DNA of 64,000 nucleotides from Schmidtea polychroa (Eukaryota): NCBI GenBank assembly GCA_044892525.1, contig CM097886.1, positions 43,524,001 to 43,588,000 of the forward strand, read 5' to 3'. Shown piece by piece: positions 32,631 to 46,200 of this stretch (position 1 is its first letter; each line of letters starts with the position of its first letter). The notes under the pieces were generated by a model. It saw only the letters and a program-made list of their open reading frames with translations, ran no database searches and was not told where the DNA came from. The position numbers and the translations under genes were made by a program.

Positions 32631-34702
32631 ATGCAGAGCCATCCAATATCCAAATACCAAGGAAGACATAGCATTATACGTGCTACGACCTTACTAAAGG
32701 AAAAACTTATTTATAAAAACCTGGAGAAGCAGGTAATGGAGCAAAGCAGAAAAGGACAAAGGCACTGGTTTTACGGACATTGCTCAGGCATACCCAATAA
32801 TTTCAAATTTGACGAGGCCCCAAAGCGTCAAATGATTATTTCAAGAATTCCGGGCAAGCATAACGGCAGTATTAGGCTTACCGAAGTCATGCCTGAGTTT
32901 GGCAGACATAGTCTGACCAACCACCTGTTGATACACGCCATTAACAAACCATTTACGGTTTATGTTCCTGGCACCACAAACCCTATTTTGCTGCAAAAGC
33001 ATACAACCCTGGAAATCGAAAACGGGGATGGAAGGGAAAAGAACATCTCACTGTTATGTGAAGGAATAGATACCATCGTAGCAATGGAAATCCTGGAACC
33101 TCACAAAGAAACACAAACGAGATGGGTCAATGACCCAAATTGGATATACAATGTCAATGATAATGACATCAAAACGTTTAAGTCTTTCGTAAGACAGCGG
33201 TTGGACCCAAGACAAGAGGATAACCTCACCATCTTCGTAGCAGCCCACTACGCTACACTACGACAATTCCTAAAACCGGCAATTGTGGCCATTTCAATCT
33301 CGCATTTCAATGGCGATCTGATACTCAAGACATTACCAATCGCATGCGCATGGTATGACCGAGAAAGAAATAACCGGACAGTTCGACGAAGACTGTGCCG
33401 AAAGAATTAGGAAAATCTGCGATGGGAAAATCATCGTGGGATTGTTAGTAAAAGACCCATTGGAAGTAATCAGATTTCCAATGCAACGCGCACTCGGAAT
33501 CCGCGAGTTAGGCGCAGCTAAATGCCTCGAAAATAGGGACTTAAAGAAATGCAACGGGTATTACCGTTTGGCATATTTGGCAAAAGCAGTCACCGGTAAA
33601 GGCACATTAGTAAGAGGCACATCACTTCTCGGACCTTCAAACGGAGAATGATGTAACAACCATTAAGGAGATATACGACAATTTACGAGATATCTGGGTT
33701 GATGATATTTCACCAGACACCCGGAAAGAGGTGGTGTCTTCACAAATAAAGCAGATGGAACCCGGAACCTCAAGCATGCAGAAACCTTTAGCTATGGATA
33801 GTTATGTAAAAGAAAATATCCCCAGGTCAAAGTTGCTGAAAATAGTGGAAGAAGATTCCTTGTCGCCGCCAGCCATCTCAATTGCTGATGAAGACGACTA
33901 TGCCACTTGCGAGAGTGCAGACGATAACTGCCTCCAAGTCACCCTTACCAATGATGGTAGAGTGGTGAATTCGGCTAAAATGGAAACAGAAAAATCACCG
34001 CCAGCAGCAAAGCTAGTAAAACGGGTCACCAAGATCTTAAAAGAATTGGCCCCGTTGAGTGAACCTAAATAAGGAGCAGAAGGAGGAGCATTACCCCAAG
34101 CTGTAGCACCACTACTTAAGCTATAAGATTTAAAATTTAAAAAGAAAACATCAGAGAAACCCACCCAGAAAGAGGACAAGGAGAAAAATGTCCCTACCTC
34201 TACGAAAAGGAAAAAGGAGATTCCTAAGAGTACAAAAAAGAAAATGCCTAGGATATCCATCCAGGATGAGGATGACGATCTCTTAGAAACCCACTATCAG
34301 CCACCAGATCCTGCATTGACCAAGATATTGGCAACAAAGAGTGAACCCACGATTGCAGGAGAGCCTATTATCATGAAGGAAGGCGAGTTCGTCGGAAAGG
34401 GCAACTCAATCAAAATACGGGAAGATCTCGACAGAGAAGATCCTAGTTGGTGGCAGAGACCCGAAAGCAAATGGAAACCGCGTATCAAGGAATACGACGG
34501 AGGCCCAATCCATGAAGTAGCCGTATCCAATTTCCCCGATTACGGAGTATTGGAGGCTAATGAGGGCTCGTACATCATCTCCTCAATTGTGTACAAAGAG
34601 GTAAGTACACGGGAGACTTTGGTGGTCAGTTACAGACCAGACATAGTAGAACAAAGGATCCGTAACGAAAGTGCCAAGGTCATGAAAAGGAGAAAATACT
34701 AG
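32631..34702 (+). pseudogene. Element B 3' accessory ORF (reconstructed ~690 aa) with a DEDDh-exonuclease-like segment
   Basis: ORFs 32547-33410, 33355-33651, 33731-34072 and 34244-34702 join via two frameshifts (~33325, 33619) and two in-frame TAA codons (34070, 34124). A splice acceptor TTTCAG lies at 32628. Confidence 0.6.
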
Positions 34703-35038
34703 CAATTCGGCTATGTGTTCAATGGACCTAGCAATTTGCTTAACGTCCTCAATCCCAGCACCTTCGACAATTCAATCCAATCCAGTTTTTCAAATTGACA
34801 AACATTTACTTTATGAACAATATTTGATTAATTTGATTTCGGTGTTGATTTTGTTACATATTTTAACATTTCCTTCATGAACAATCTTTGATTATTTTGA
34901 TTTTGATTTTGCTTGCATTATATATATATTTTAATCAATTGTTTTATTTTTATTTTTATATTTTTATTTTTTATTTTTATGTATCAGCTGCAATTGTCTT
35001 GTCTTTACCGCTTTAATTTTCGGGACAAAAATCTTGTT

Positions 35039-35048
35039 AGAGGGAAGA
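35039..35048 (+). promoter_or_regulatory. Element B polypurine tract
   Basis: AGAGGGAAGA 2 nt before the TGTT start of the 3' LTR. Confidence 0.75.
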
Positions 35049-35050
35049 CA

Positions 35051-35997
35051 TGTTAAAAGTGGAATTAAAATATAAATAGTAAAAAATAATTACTAAAAAT
35101 AAATTCGTAACAAAAATAGTAATTTTTTAAAAAATATATAATAAAAATAGAAATTAAATAATTACTATTAATAGATTTACAATAAATAAATTTATATAAA
35201 TATCAGCAAAATTATATTGATGAGGGGAGAAAATCGAGAGAAAAAAAGATCACAGATCAGAAGAATTTAAAATTAGATCGGGAAACAATTTCTAATTGGA
35301 CGAATTTCTGTTTTAGTATTCATTTTATTGATCGGAAAAAAAGGGAATTTAAGAATCTCTTGGAAATTTATTATCACGTCAACTTGTAACTTAGCTCCAA
35401 TATTCTTTGGAGTAATTTAGAAGAGATCAAAAGAGGAAAATTGTTAGGACTTATTTCGACAACCCATCTGTGGTTTTGGTTATCTACAGGGAGGAATTTA
35501 AATAAGGAAAAAATTTTAAATTAGTTAGTTTTTATTGTTCATATCTAAGTAAATATATATATATATAAATTTATTCGGTCAAATAAAACTAATTTTAACA
35601 AGGGAAGCAGTAACGTCAGCACGTATCTTTTTGTGTTGTTTCGTTACGAATATTATTTGAAAAAAGGTTAACCGATTTCTGGGTTGACTCTATCGCGTTA
35701 AAATTAGGTAAACTCCCTTATCTTTTTTCCGCTCACCTATATCGGGCTGTTGGCGCATTTAAGGCCAGCCTTGATTCTTAGTAATACTCTTTAGGGCGGT
35801 TTGTATAACCGTTTTCTGTTCTTTAGAAAGCAGCGTGATTAATCGTGTAATATAAATAATTGTGTACCAAATTATTTATTGTTAATAAATATTTAAATCA
35901 TATTCGTTATTTTATTTACCTACATACATTATAAATTATTTGGAGTCAGATAAAACGTTTTTGTGTTAGTTCGAATACATACCCATCGAACCTAACA
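35051..35997 (+). repeat. Element B 3' LTR (947 bp)
   Basis: Matches the 5' LTR except for a 95-bp deletion after TGTT, a shorter TA run, one 1-nt indel and a handful of substitutions. Confidence 0.93.
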
Positions 35998-38993
35998 CTA
36001 ACATAAACTCTTTTTTTCGCTTTTACAATCGAATGTTTTTGTAACTTTCCCTATTTCACTATACTAATTTATTAATTTAATAATCAATTTTGTAATCATA
36101 ATAAAGAACCGTCTTGCATGAAGGACGAGAGTTCTCTACCTGGATCTTTTTGGGTTTTTCCGAATTGAGAGCTTTCAGCCAGCAGTCAATCGTTTTTGAA
36201 AACGTCTGTTAAAAAAGAAGAATCAGAATGAAACAAATGGTTCTGAATAATCTTGTAACTTTAATTCTGAACATTTTTACTTAAATTAATAAAGATAGCC
36301 AACCTACGATTTAATAGTGCATTTTCCATCATACTTAAGGTTTCAGGAAAATTAAAGATTAATTCTAAGGAATATTTTGACGCATTTTATTAATATCATT
36401 GATTAAATAGCAGCGATACGAGAATAAACCCTTGTTATTAATTATGTTAGGGTGGGGGGGGGGCAGAATTCGTATTATCAACTTCAGTCTAAGAGTCCTT
36501 ATATGCTAGAAAATAAATTCACAGAATTAAATTTCCATCACATTTTTTGTTATGAAATTGATCTAAATTTCTACAATTATTTTACCAGAAGTCTTTAAAA
36601 ACTGGTCAAGTCATCAAAGACTCATTCAGGCGCACATTCGATAGCGGAAATTGGCTCTGTGTACATACCTTACCCTATAGCAATTAAAAGTTACAACATT
36701 ACAGAACAGAAAATTAATTATAAATCTCTCATTGAGCAAGATGTTGCAAACACTTATTATCTCCTTCAGTAAGTTATAGCCATCTTTGTTTGTCTCAAAA
36801 GCTCATAAAATTCATAAAATATCGATTTTTCATTTCATATAAAATCCATTAAGCCTCAGAAGGCAAAAAATCCAGTAAATGTTATAGGGATCACATCTTA
36901 CACAGCACACATATGACAATTAATAAGCTTTACAAAGTCACGGTAACTGTGATACAAATAGGTCACAATTTACACATTTATTCTCGATTTTCTGTCTTCA
37001 GATCGTGGCATAGGTGACATCTTCATTTGTAAGAAGACCTATTCGTATTATTTGCCTATGTAAATATGTTACCAATTAAGGTCATTGCGGTATTCGGTGA
37101 TGACATTAAATTATGGATGGATGATCTACGAGTTATACAAGGCATAAATAACATTTTAGTTAACAGTTTCTTGAACTCATTGTGACTCTCTGCTTGTTAC
37201 AACGTCCACAATTTTAAATGGGCAATACATGGAACATCCACAAGTTTAAAACATACGCCATAAGGTCACGAGAATAATTTTGGTGACTTCTGTCAGGGAG
37301 AGAATCGATAATGCAAAGAAATAAAAAGAGAACAAAGGTTTGAGAAGATTTATATGGGAAAGAGCACAAAAATGTTTAAAATCGATAAAAGATTCAAATA
37401 TTCGAATTAAAATCGGAAAAATTGGTCATGGGGGAACTAGTAACTAGGAATAACATGGTGACCACGGAATTTTCAGAAAGACACAGGAAGAGTACGAAAA
37501 GGTGCGTAAGAGTAGAAAAACAAGAAAACTAAACTAATTAATTAAGTAATTAATTAGCAAGTATAAAGAAATCTTGAGTTGGGTAAACAAGGAGAAAAGT
37601 AAACAGAAGGAAATTCGAGGGCCATTATCTGGTCACTATGATTAATGGGAGAAGACCAAGAGAAGATAATACATGCACAGAAGTCCAGGCGGGCTATTAA
37701 TTATTTTGTTTGTTGGAACATTCTGGGTGACAGCCGAATCAGGGATGTGAAGTTGAATGGCAGACGAGAGATCGCTTCGGCAATAATAATTTGTCATCCA
37801 GATTTGGAAGACTATAAAAGGCAAAGTAAAATCCGAGCAAATTGACATTAACCCCAGATAGAGATTTTAAGAATAAATTCGTGAATAGGCAAAAGGAAAC
37901 TCATTGGAAGGATCAAGGATAAAAAGGTGAATATTGATATAGATTTTTACAGAGCATCAACAACGAATCGGTCAAACTTATAAAACTTTGTTGAATTATT
38001 TTGTGTGGAGTGCGAAACAATTTGTAATTGAGTATACGTTGGACAGTGTATTGTTTTGTTATTTACAATTCATGGTACACCTAGAGTCAGAAGTTACGGA
38101 CNNNNNNNNNNNNNNNNNNNNNNNNNNNNNNNNNNNNNNNNNNNNNNNNNNNNNNNNNNNNNNNNNNNNNNNNNNNNNNNNNNNNNNNNNNNNNNNNNNN
38201 NNNNNNNNNNNNNNNNNNNNNNNNNNNNNNNNNNNNNNNNNNNTAGTGAAAAATGAGCGGAAAACTTATGAAAATTAAATTAATTTCGCAGATATAAATA
38301 CACTGCAAAGTTAATAGACAAAGTTTATACGAATACATTTACTACCAATTTTGGATGATGTACAAATCATAAAAATATCAAAGCAAGAAAGTTCAGTCAG
38401 TAAGGTAATGGTAAATAGAAGAAGATTTCAATTTTATCTTGATTTTTTTCTTATTTATTATGTGTAATTGCCATTTTTAATTCATTCCTTAATCAATTTA
38501 TACTCAAATAATTTTCTAAAATAACTTTTTCTTATTCTAAATTTTATCCGTAAAGGTACTTTTACTTGTATTATGTCTTGGACTCAACATACTGTTTCGT
38601 TTTTATCAGCAGTTTGTATCGCTAGAATTATTTATTCATTCGTGTTTAAAAAGTTATTTTATTTGTTTTAATTTTCATTAAGTGGATTATTTTCGAAAAA
38701 CCAATCAAAAAAGATTATTCTGAAAATTAATGTTAAATATATTTGGACAAAATATATTCTATAGTTTGAAAAGAAATATAAATAAAAGAAAATGAATTTT
38801 TTGACAATATTTTTTATAAAAAATAATTATTTCACTTTAATTTAAAAACAAACATATTTTTACGTAGTTCATCAGCCAACATAGTTACATCAAAACCTAC
38901 TCAGATACACTTCAATTTTAGTTGTTTTATTTGATTCATTGAACTAACTGGACTTTGTCTGTGATCTTCCTTTGGAAATTCAGAAATAAAATT

Positions 38994-39362
38994 ATGAAAG
39001 TTTTTATTTTATCAATGCTGTTCTCATCACTATTACTAGTGCATTCTGAGAAAAAGTTGATATTATTGGAACACTGCGACAGAATTCTTTTATTGAAAAT
39101 AAAACGGTGTGATAAACTGTACAAGAAAATCGACCAATTTTGTGATAAAGGCTATCTAGAAACGGAAAGGGAATGTGGAAACCAAAAGAAACTGGCTTGC
39201 CACATGAAATATGAAAGAAATGAAAATGACTGCAAAAGCAGAAAAGATTTATTTTGGATGAATTGTAAAGACGTTTATAGTGATTACAGAAAAGAATGCT
39301 CAACACCCGAAGAACTCAAAGATGAAAAATTTGAAATTCTCTTAAACGAACAAGACGTATGA
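38994..39362 (+). CDS. Small secreted protein with regularly spaced cysteines, 122 aa
   Basis: First ATG at 38994, signal peptide MKVFILSMLFSSLLLVHS, eight Cys spaced CX10CX10CX10CX7CX10CX10CX10C. Confidence 0.8.
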   Translation: MKVFILSMLFSSLLLVHSEKKLILLEHCDRILLLKIKRCDKLYKKIDQFCDKGYLETERECGNQKKLACHMKYERNENDCKSRKDLFWMNCKDVYSDYRKECSTPEELKDEKFEILLNEQDV

Positions 39363-42300
39363 GACATGATTTAATTTAATGATTAAAAATTATGAATTTT
39401 TCCATTTAGAAGCTGACAGAAGTGGAGAAGCGAAAAATTCAGAAAACTAAATGACAAATTTCTCGTTCGTTGTATTTTACGAGTTTCCTCGCATCGCATT
39501 TTTAAAATATTTTCTCAATTATAGTTTATATTAAAGATAATAACTTTTATTATGACTGACACAATCAAAAAGTCAGAGAATTAAAATCATTGAAAAATAA
39601 ATTTATTTAAAAAACAATGAATGAAATAATAAAAATAACAATGAACAAAAATCGTATTATTAAAACTTATTTTTATACACTGTGGCATCCAGGTCACGCT
39701 GGACTGAATTCGAGGGCCCAATTCCACNNNNNNNNNNNNNNNNNNNNNNNNNNNNNNNNNNNNNNNNNNNNNNNNNNNNNNNNNNNNNNNNNNNNNNNNN
39801 NNNNNNNNNNNNNNNNNNNNNNNNNNNNNNNNNNNNNNNNNNNNNNNNNNNNNNNNNNNNNNNNNNNNNNNNNNNNNNNNNNNNNNNNNNNNNNNNNNNN
39901 NNNNNNNNNNNNNNNNNNNNNNNNNNNNNNTTAAAAATTTTAAACATTGCACAATCAGATATCAGATTAAAATCTCAAAATTTCCCCAACAATTCTGACT
40001 GACCGATTAATGAGAAAAACAATTTGTTAAATATTTCAAACAAAATTCAAACATTTCACCCGTTATCTATTCCGAATGTCTTTCTCAATATTAATTGTTT
40101 TCTCCCTTCTTGTATTGTAAATTAATTAAACTTTAATTTATTCTAATCCTTTTAGATTTGTCATTAGAGTTTTCAGTTATAACATTTATTTTTAAAATCA
40201 TTATAAATTTCGAAAAAAAAACTTTATATTTCCCAAATTTTAATTACTATACAGAAAGTTGACAGAATGAAACTTATTGTAAATGAGGAATTATATTGTT
40301 TTATTAGGCGTTAAATTTTTACATTCTATTACTTTATATTACAGAAATTTTGAATATTTGATAAGTTTCAGTATAATTATAAACTAAAATACAAATATCA
40401 ACAATAATTATAAAATTATAATTGAAAATCAATAAAGTACTTAATGGAATAATTTTGATGAAAAATTCAATAATCGAATTTAAATTGTAAAAGCGTTTAG
40501 TAGTTAACTGAAAAGGCGGATTATTTTGTCAATTTGATTTATTAATTGATTTAATCAAATATAATAAAAGAATAAAAACCTGATTAAAACAAAAATAATA
40601 TTAACTTACGGAAAACATCAAACACTGTCACTAAACAATATGAAATTTTTATACTGGTGACACTATTTGAAGCATTTTTTAAAAAATATTTAAAAATATC
40701 TTTAAGTCAGATTTGTTCATTAATAAGATCATTTTCAGTGAGTTCGAAAGAACCAATTTTTAATATTTATTTTGCTGAAGCATTTTCCAAAGTAATACAA
40801 AATAATACAAAGTAATACAAATATGTTGAGTATAATAAAAATTTATTTGATCTTTTGTCAAAATGAATATAAATGAAATCGATATTTGTAATTTTAAATA
40901 AATTTTCAAAATTTTTATTATTTACTTAATAATAAACTTACTTAAATCATTTTTTTCATGAAATTTCCTGTCTAAAATACAAGTCAAAATAATTAAAATA
41001 ATTTTATTAAAATTAAATATTAAATTAAATTAAAATTATTATTGTATTTAAATTTGGATCAAATTCACCTGAGAAAGACAGTGCCAAAAATTCGTGAATA
41101 TCAAAAACATCGATATATTTACTGATTCATAGTCAAGCTTTTTAATAAATACAATGGAAAAGAAATCAGTGGTGAAATTTGAAAAAAAATTCTTATAATA
41201 AAATTATTATGAAAATTTTATTTATAAATAAAATTAAAAATGTTAAAATGGCCAATAAACATAAAAAAATATTTTGGATGTGTATTTTGTGATAGTCCAG
41301 TACACTTTACAAAATTCTAATCAAGCAGAACCGAATTTGTTTATTTTATTAGGATAAGCTCATAAAGGCGCACATTAAAAATTATAATAGAAATTCTGAA
41401 GAATGACGTTTTTATAATTTCTGAAGTTTATTTAAAATTAAATTAAAGTAAAAAATTTCAAATTTTATTCTAATTTCAAAAATTGTGTGTGTTAGAAGCT
41501 ATATCATTCAATTCTTCTGTCATCAAATAAATTACTAAGACTAAATAAATCCAAAATTATATTTCATTAAATGTGCTTATATAAACAAATATTCTTGGGA
41601 CATTTTCTTTTTATAAATTTTAATTTCAACCAAATATTTGAATTGCAATATTATTAAAAATTATTTTATTTCAAAATTAAAATTAAAATAATCATTTTAA
41701 TTTTAAACCATTTTAATTCTAATATATTTCAAATAATTTAAGTTTCACTTTTAATTTTACAAAATTTAATCATGAAATAATTTTAATTTAACATTTTAAT
41801 TTTAATTCCTCACAGTGTGAAAATTTCATATTTACACGAATTACAGTTCCAATATTAAAAGTCTCAGAAAATTTGTTACAGAAAATGTGTTATAGAATAT
41901 ATTTTATTATTTAAGAAGTTAAATATGAGCCAAGAGCAAATTGAGTGTAATTATATTGCAACTAACAAAAAAGCATGATACTAACCGGTAATTTATTTTT
42001 ACAACAGGATAAACTGAAAACCTTATAATTTATAACTGTAGAAAACATAAAAAAACATTATTGTTTATTTATAAAAATGTTTAGACTTTTAACTGGATTC
42101 TTTTTAATTCTATTTTAAATCTAGATAACAATAACTACATATATTATAGATAAAAGTCACGATTAATTACTAATGAAGAATATAAATCTATGATTTTACA
42201 CAGTTTCATTTAATCTCGTTTTGATTTCGACTATAGATCAACGTTTTCCTATTTTGCCCACAAGTTAAATATCAAAAACAAATTGATCTATAGTCAAAAT

Positions 42301-43260
42301 CTAAACGAAGATAAATGAAATTATAAAGGAAAAAAAAATACGTGACATTTTAAAAAGATTTAAATATTGTTCTTTTGCTAAGTAAAACATATAAGAATAG
42401 AGGTCATTTGCATTACTAAAATATATTGATACTAATATTTTTAAAGAAAAATAATAATAATATACAGTTCAAAATATTCGGATCTGCTTTAATAACATAT
42501 TTGACATTGTTTCTAAGAAAAAAGTTTTCCATATTTGGCAACATTGCGACGGGTATATAAGTTTCCATCATCATTATGGCGGTTTCGTTGGCAAGTTACA
42601 TATTTGACAGAAATATTTACTGCCAAATAAATTAATTTATTTTTCGAATGATTTTCCAAGAATTAACATTTTTCAGATGAAAAATCTTATTTGAATCAAA
42701 ACGAGAGTTTTGAAATTTTTCAGTTATTTTATCAACATAAAAATAGACGAATGTCTAGAAAATATAAAAAGGTAAGAGATTTAAAAGAATTTACCTTTTC
42801 CTATGGACTAACCGGTTTCAATTATATCTTTATGTTTGAATTATTATATATAATATTTATTTCAATTTCTCAAAAATAAAATATTAAGTTAATTTAATTA
42901 ATTTAATATTTTTATAAGTTTAAAAAAATATTAAAAAATGAATACCAATTTTTTAAAATTAATTATTTTCTAATTAACTAATTTCAGCAAATTGTTATTT
43001 TTTTCTTGTAGTAAAAAGGAACCGTTGTTTATTTTATGAAAAAATAAGACTTTTACAAGTGGCAGAGAAATCATTATCCAATGGAGAAGAAATAATTTTC
43101 TCAAGACAATTAGTTGCATTGAATTATCTTATCATTTGTTTTCTAAACATTATTTAAACAAATTATTTTATTGGATAAAATTAAAATTTTACGTTAATTT
43201 TGATTAATGTCAACATGAAATGTTTAATAAATTTCTACTGATATCCGTTTTGTGTTTGAG

Positions 43261-46200
43261 TTTGAAATCCCAAGTTCATGAATTCAGAAATCGGAAGAAT
43301 TTGGCCCAGATCTTCCCGGTAAAGCCAAATAATGAAGTCTCACTTGTCAATATCAAAATCACCCACTTGTCATTTGAAATTGGTAAATTATAATCTTTCT
43401 TTTATATTACTTTAAATTAAAAATAATTTTTTTTAATATTTAATTATCTTTCTTGAAAATATACTACAAAGAAATAATTAAATTAATTAATATCTAATAT
43501 ATATAAAACAAAATATTATGAACTAAAGAAATAAACAGAAAATTTTACAATATTTTTAACATTATATTTTTTATTTAGTATCTTAAAATTATTAAATTTT
43601 ATAATTCAAATCAGAGACAACTTTAATTAATTTAATTAATTTTTATAAAATGCAAAAATATAAAAACAATTAAAAAAGTTGATTTGACTCAAATATTGTT
43701 TTCATAGCATGAATCGCATGAAAGTTCTTTTCAACACTACCCACTTTTACAAAAAAACATTTACAAAAGAAGCAGTAAAATAAATTATTATAATATAAAT
43801 CACTATAACTTATTTCCTAGTATTATAAATACGATATTTAGATTACAAATTGAATATTGAATTCATTTGAAATAGGCTAGTTTGAATTATCCTTTACTGA
43901 GAGGGTAGGTCTTTAAAATTTTTGTACACAAAATCCGACCCTAGCTAAAAAAGCCACTGCTCCAGAGGGCTACGCTTTATTTTTTCAAATTCACACTATA
44001 GTGAGGGGTCTTTGACTGTCACTAAAAAGCCAAGGTACTTTTAAGGCCTATATAATTTTCTGTATAAAAAATCCAGGCCTCGTTAAAAGAAGCCACTGTT
44101 CCAGACGGCTACAATGTATTTTTTTTCCAATTCACACTATAGTTAGGATATCTCTTTAGACGATCAGAATTTTTCGTACACAAAATATAATAAACTCTTC
44201 TTAATTCTGATAGTAAAATGTGTACTATTTCTTTCTTCTTATATTCTTGACAGCATCTAAAAGGACAAGTTAACTTTAAAGGATCTGTACAGATCACACA
44301 ATCCTCTAGACATTTCGACCAACTATTAGGTACCAACTACCAATTACCGACCTACATTCATTAACTAAGCCGCTTTATACATTACGCAGCCATTTCTATT
44401 CACTATGCATCATACTCTGTACATTAAATTCTGTACACAATATCAAATTAACCTACTAAAAATCTTATATCTTAATTTTTAAACTGGTTAATTAATTTTT
44501 CAAGACTTAAAATACATTAATTTCTTAGACTTAGAATACATTTGATAGTACTTTCAATATATTTTCAGGTTTTTGACACACATTAAATTAATTAAATAAA
44601 GTTGTTATTTTTAAATGAAATTGTCATATAAAATGATCCTTACACAATAACCACTTAACAAAATATTCAATCACAATACTAAGATATTGAATTTGCAAGT
44701 CTTGAATCTGATACTTAAGATAACCTTCATTGAATTCATTACTAACAACCAGCTAACAACTAGATACCAAACAACTAGGTACTAACAGATAAGTACCAAT
44801 ATCTAACTACTAACAACCAGATACCAATAATCAAGCATCAACTACCAAACAACCATGTACTAACGACTAAGTATTTACAAGCAGATACCAAATACAAAAT
44901 ACAGGGTACCAACTACCAGCTACTAAGTATTTATAACTAGGTACTAACAAATAAGTACCATATACCAGGTACCAAGAACTTACAACTAGGTAATAACTAC
45001 CAGCTACCAACAAATTTATCTTAAATACTAGTCATTCAAGTTATTAATTAATTTAAATATGAATCATAAAAGATCTTCCTTCAAGTGAATAAGAATTTTC
45101 TAATAAAATCTAGTAAATAATTTATTTAGATTGAATAAATTAATTGAAATAAATTAATTTAAAAAATGGCTTATAAATAAACTTATCACATGTATACTCA
45201 ATTTGATTGACATATTGCTCAAATTATTAAGAAACAGTATAAATTTATTTACAAATTATCATAGTCGTATTAAAATATATTAAGACATATTAAAATATCT
45301 AAATAATTATCATTAAATTCCAAATGCGACTGATATAAGCCCTTCTAATGATTACATAAAATCATCGATTGAACCAGTAAATTCATTTAAATGACAATAT
45401 TCTACAATTTTTTATATCCGAGGGAATGATTGATTCCCCACTAAAATCATCTAAAAAGAATCAAATTTCCCTAAAATATCTTTACTTATTCATAGTAAAA
45501 AATTTTCTAATAAATACAATATGAATTAATTGTAAATTAATTTCCTGTTTAAGTCACAATCAAAAAAATAATTGTCCTCCTTGTACAGTAAAATCTTTTT
45601 TTACACGATTTTGCAGAAAATCATGTAAATAATTAAAAATTTTTTTGAAATTCGTGTTAAATAAAAAATAACGTGTAAAAAATTTAAAATTTCTTCTTGA
45701 CCGTGTTATTTCAAAATCGTGTAAAAAAAGACCGTGTAAAAAATATTTTACTGTAATATACAAAAAAATAATAAAAAATTATCATTAAAACACAGCAAAT
45801 TTACATTATCATAGTGCTATTCAAATATTGGACCAGAATATGCGTCTTAAGGGGTTATTAGAAATTTTAAATATAAAAAGATATTCAGATGAGTGACTTT
45901 TAACGGTAATTTAAACTATTTAAATAAATAATTTTCAGGCAAACCAATCAACATAAAATCATTGAAAGAAAAAGAAAATTTGAAAATAATTTCTGGAATG
46001 AGTCTAACAGTCAGATGCCGAGTAACAGGGAAACCAAATCCTACAGTCTATTGGATGAAAAATTCAAAAAAACTCGATTCCAACCAAGAAGATAGAATAT
46101 TTACAACTAAAAAGTTTGGCTTATTTTCATTTAAACAAAAGGTAACCCAAAGTTTGCTTAGGGGGGCCAAATTCTAAATTCCAAAATATAAAAAATGTTT

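Larger units (their letters stand above)
20876..35997 (+). mobile_element. Element B: 15.1-kb envelope-bearing Ty3/Gypsy LTR retrotransposon, decayed
   Basis: LTRs at 20876-21980 and 35051-35997, 4-bp TSD CTAA (20872-20875, 35998-36001), PBS, PPT, gag, glycoprotein, PR-RT-RH-IN and a 3' accessory region. Confidence 0.95.

Noticed and set aside
37250-38100. Decayed Gypsy gag-protease fragment
   Set aside because: Purine-rich with faint knuckle- and protease-like words, but no intact diagnostic motif or termini.
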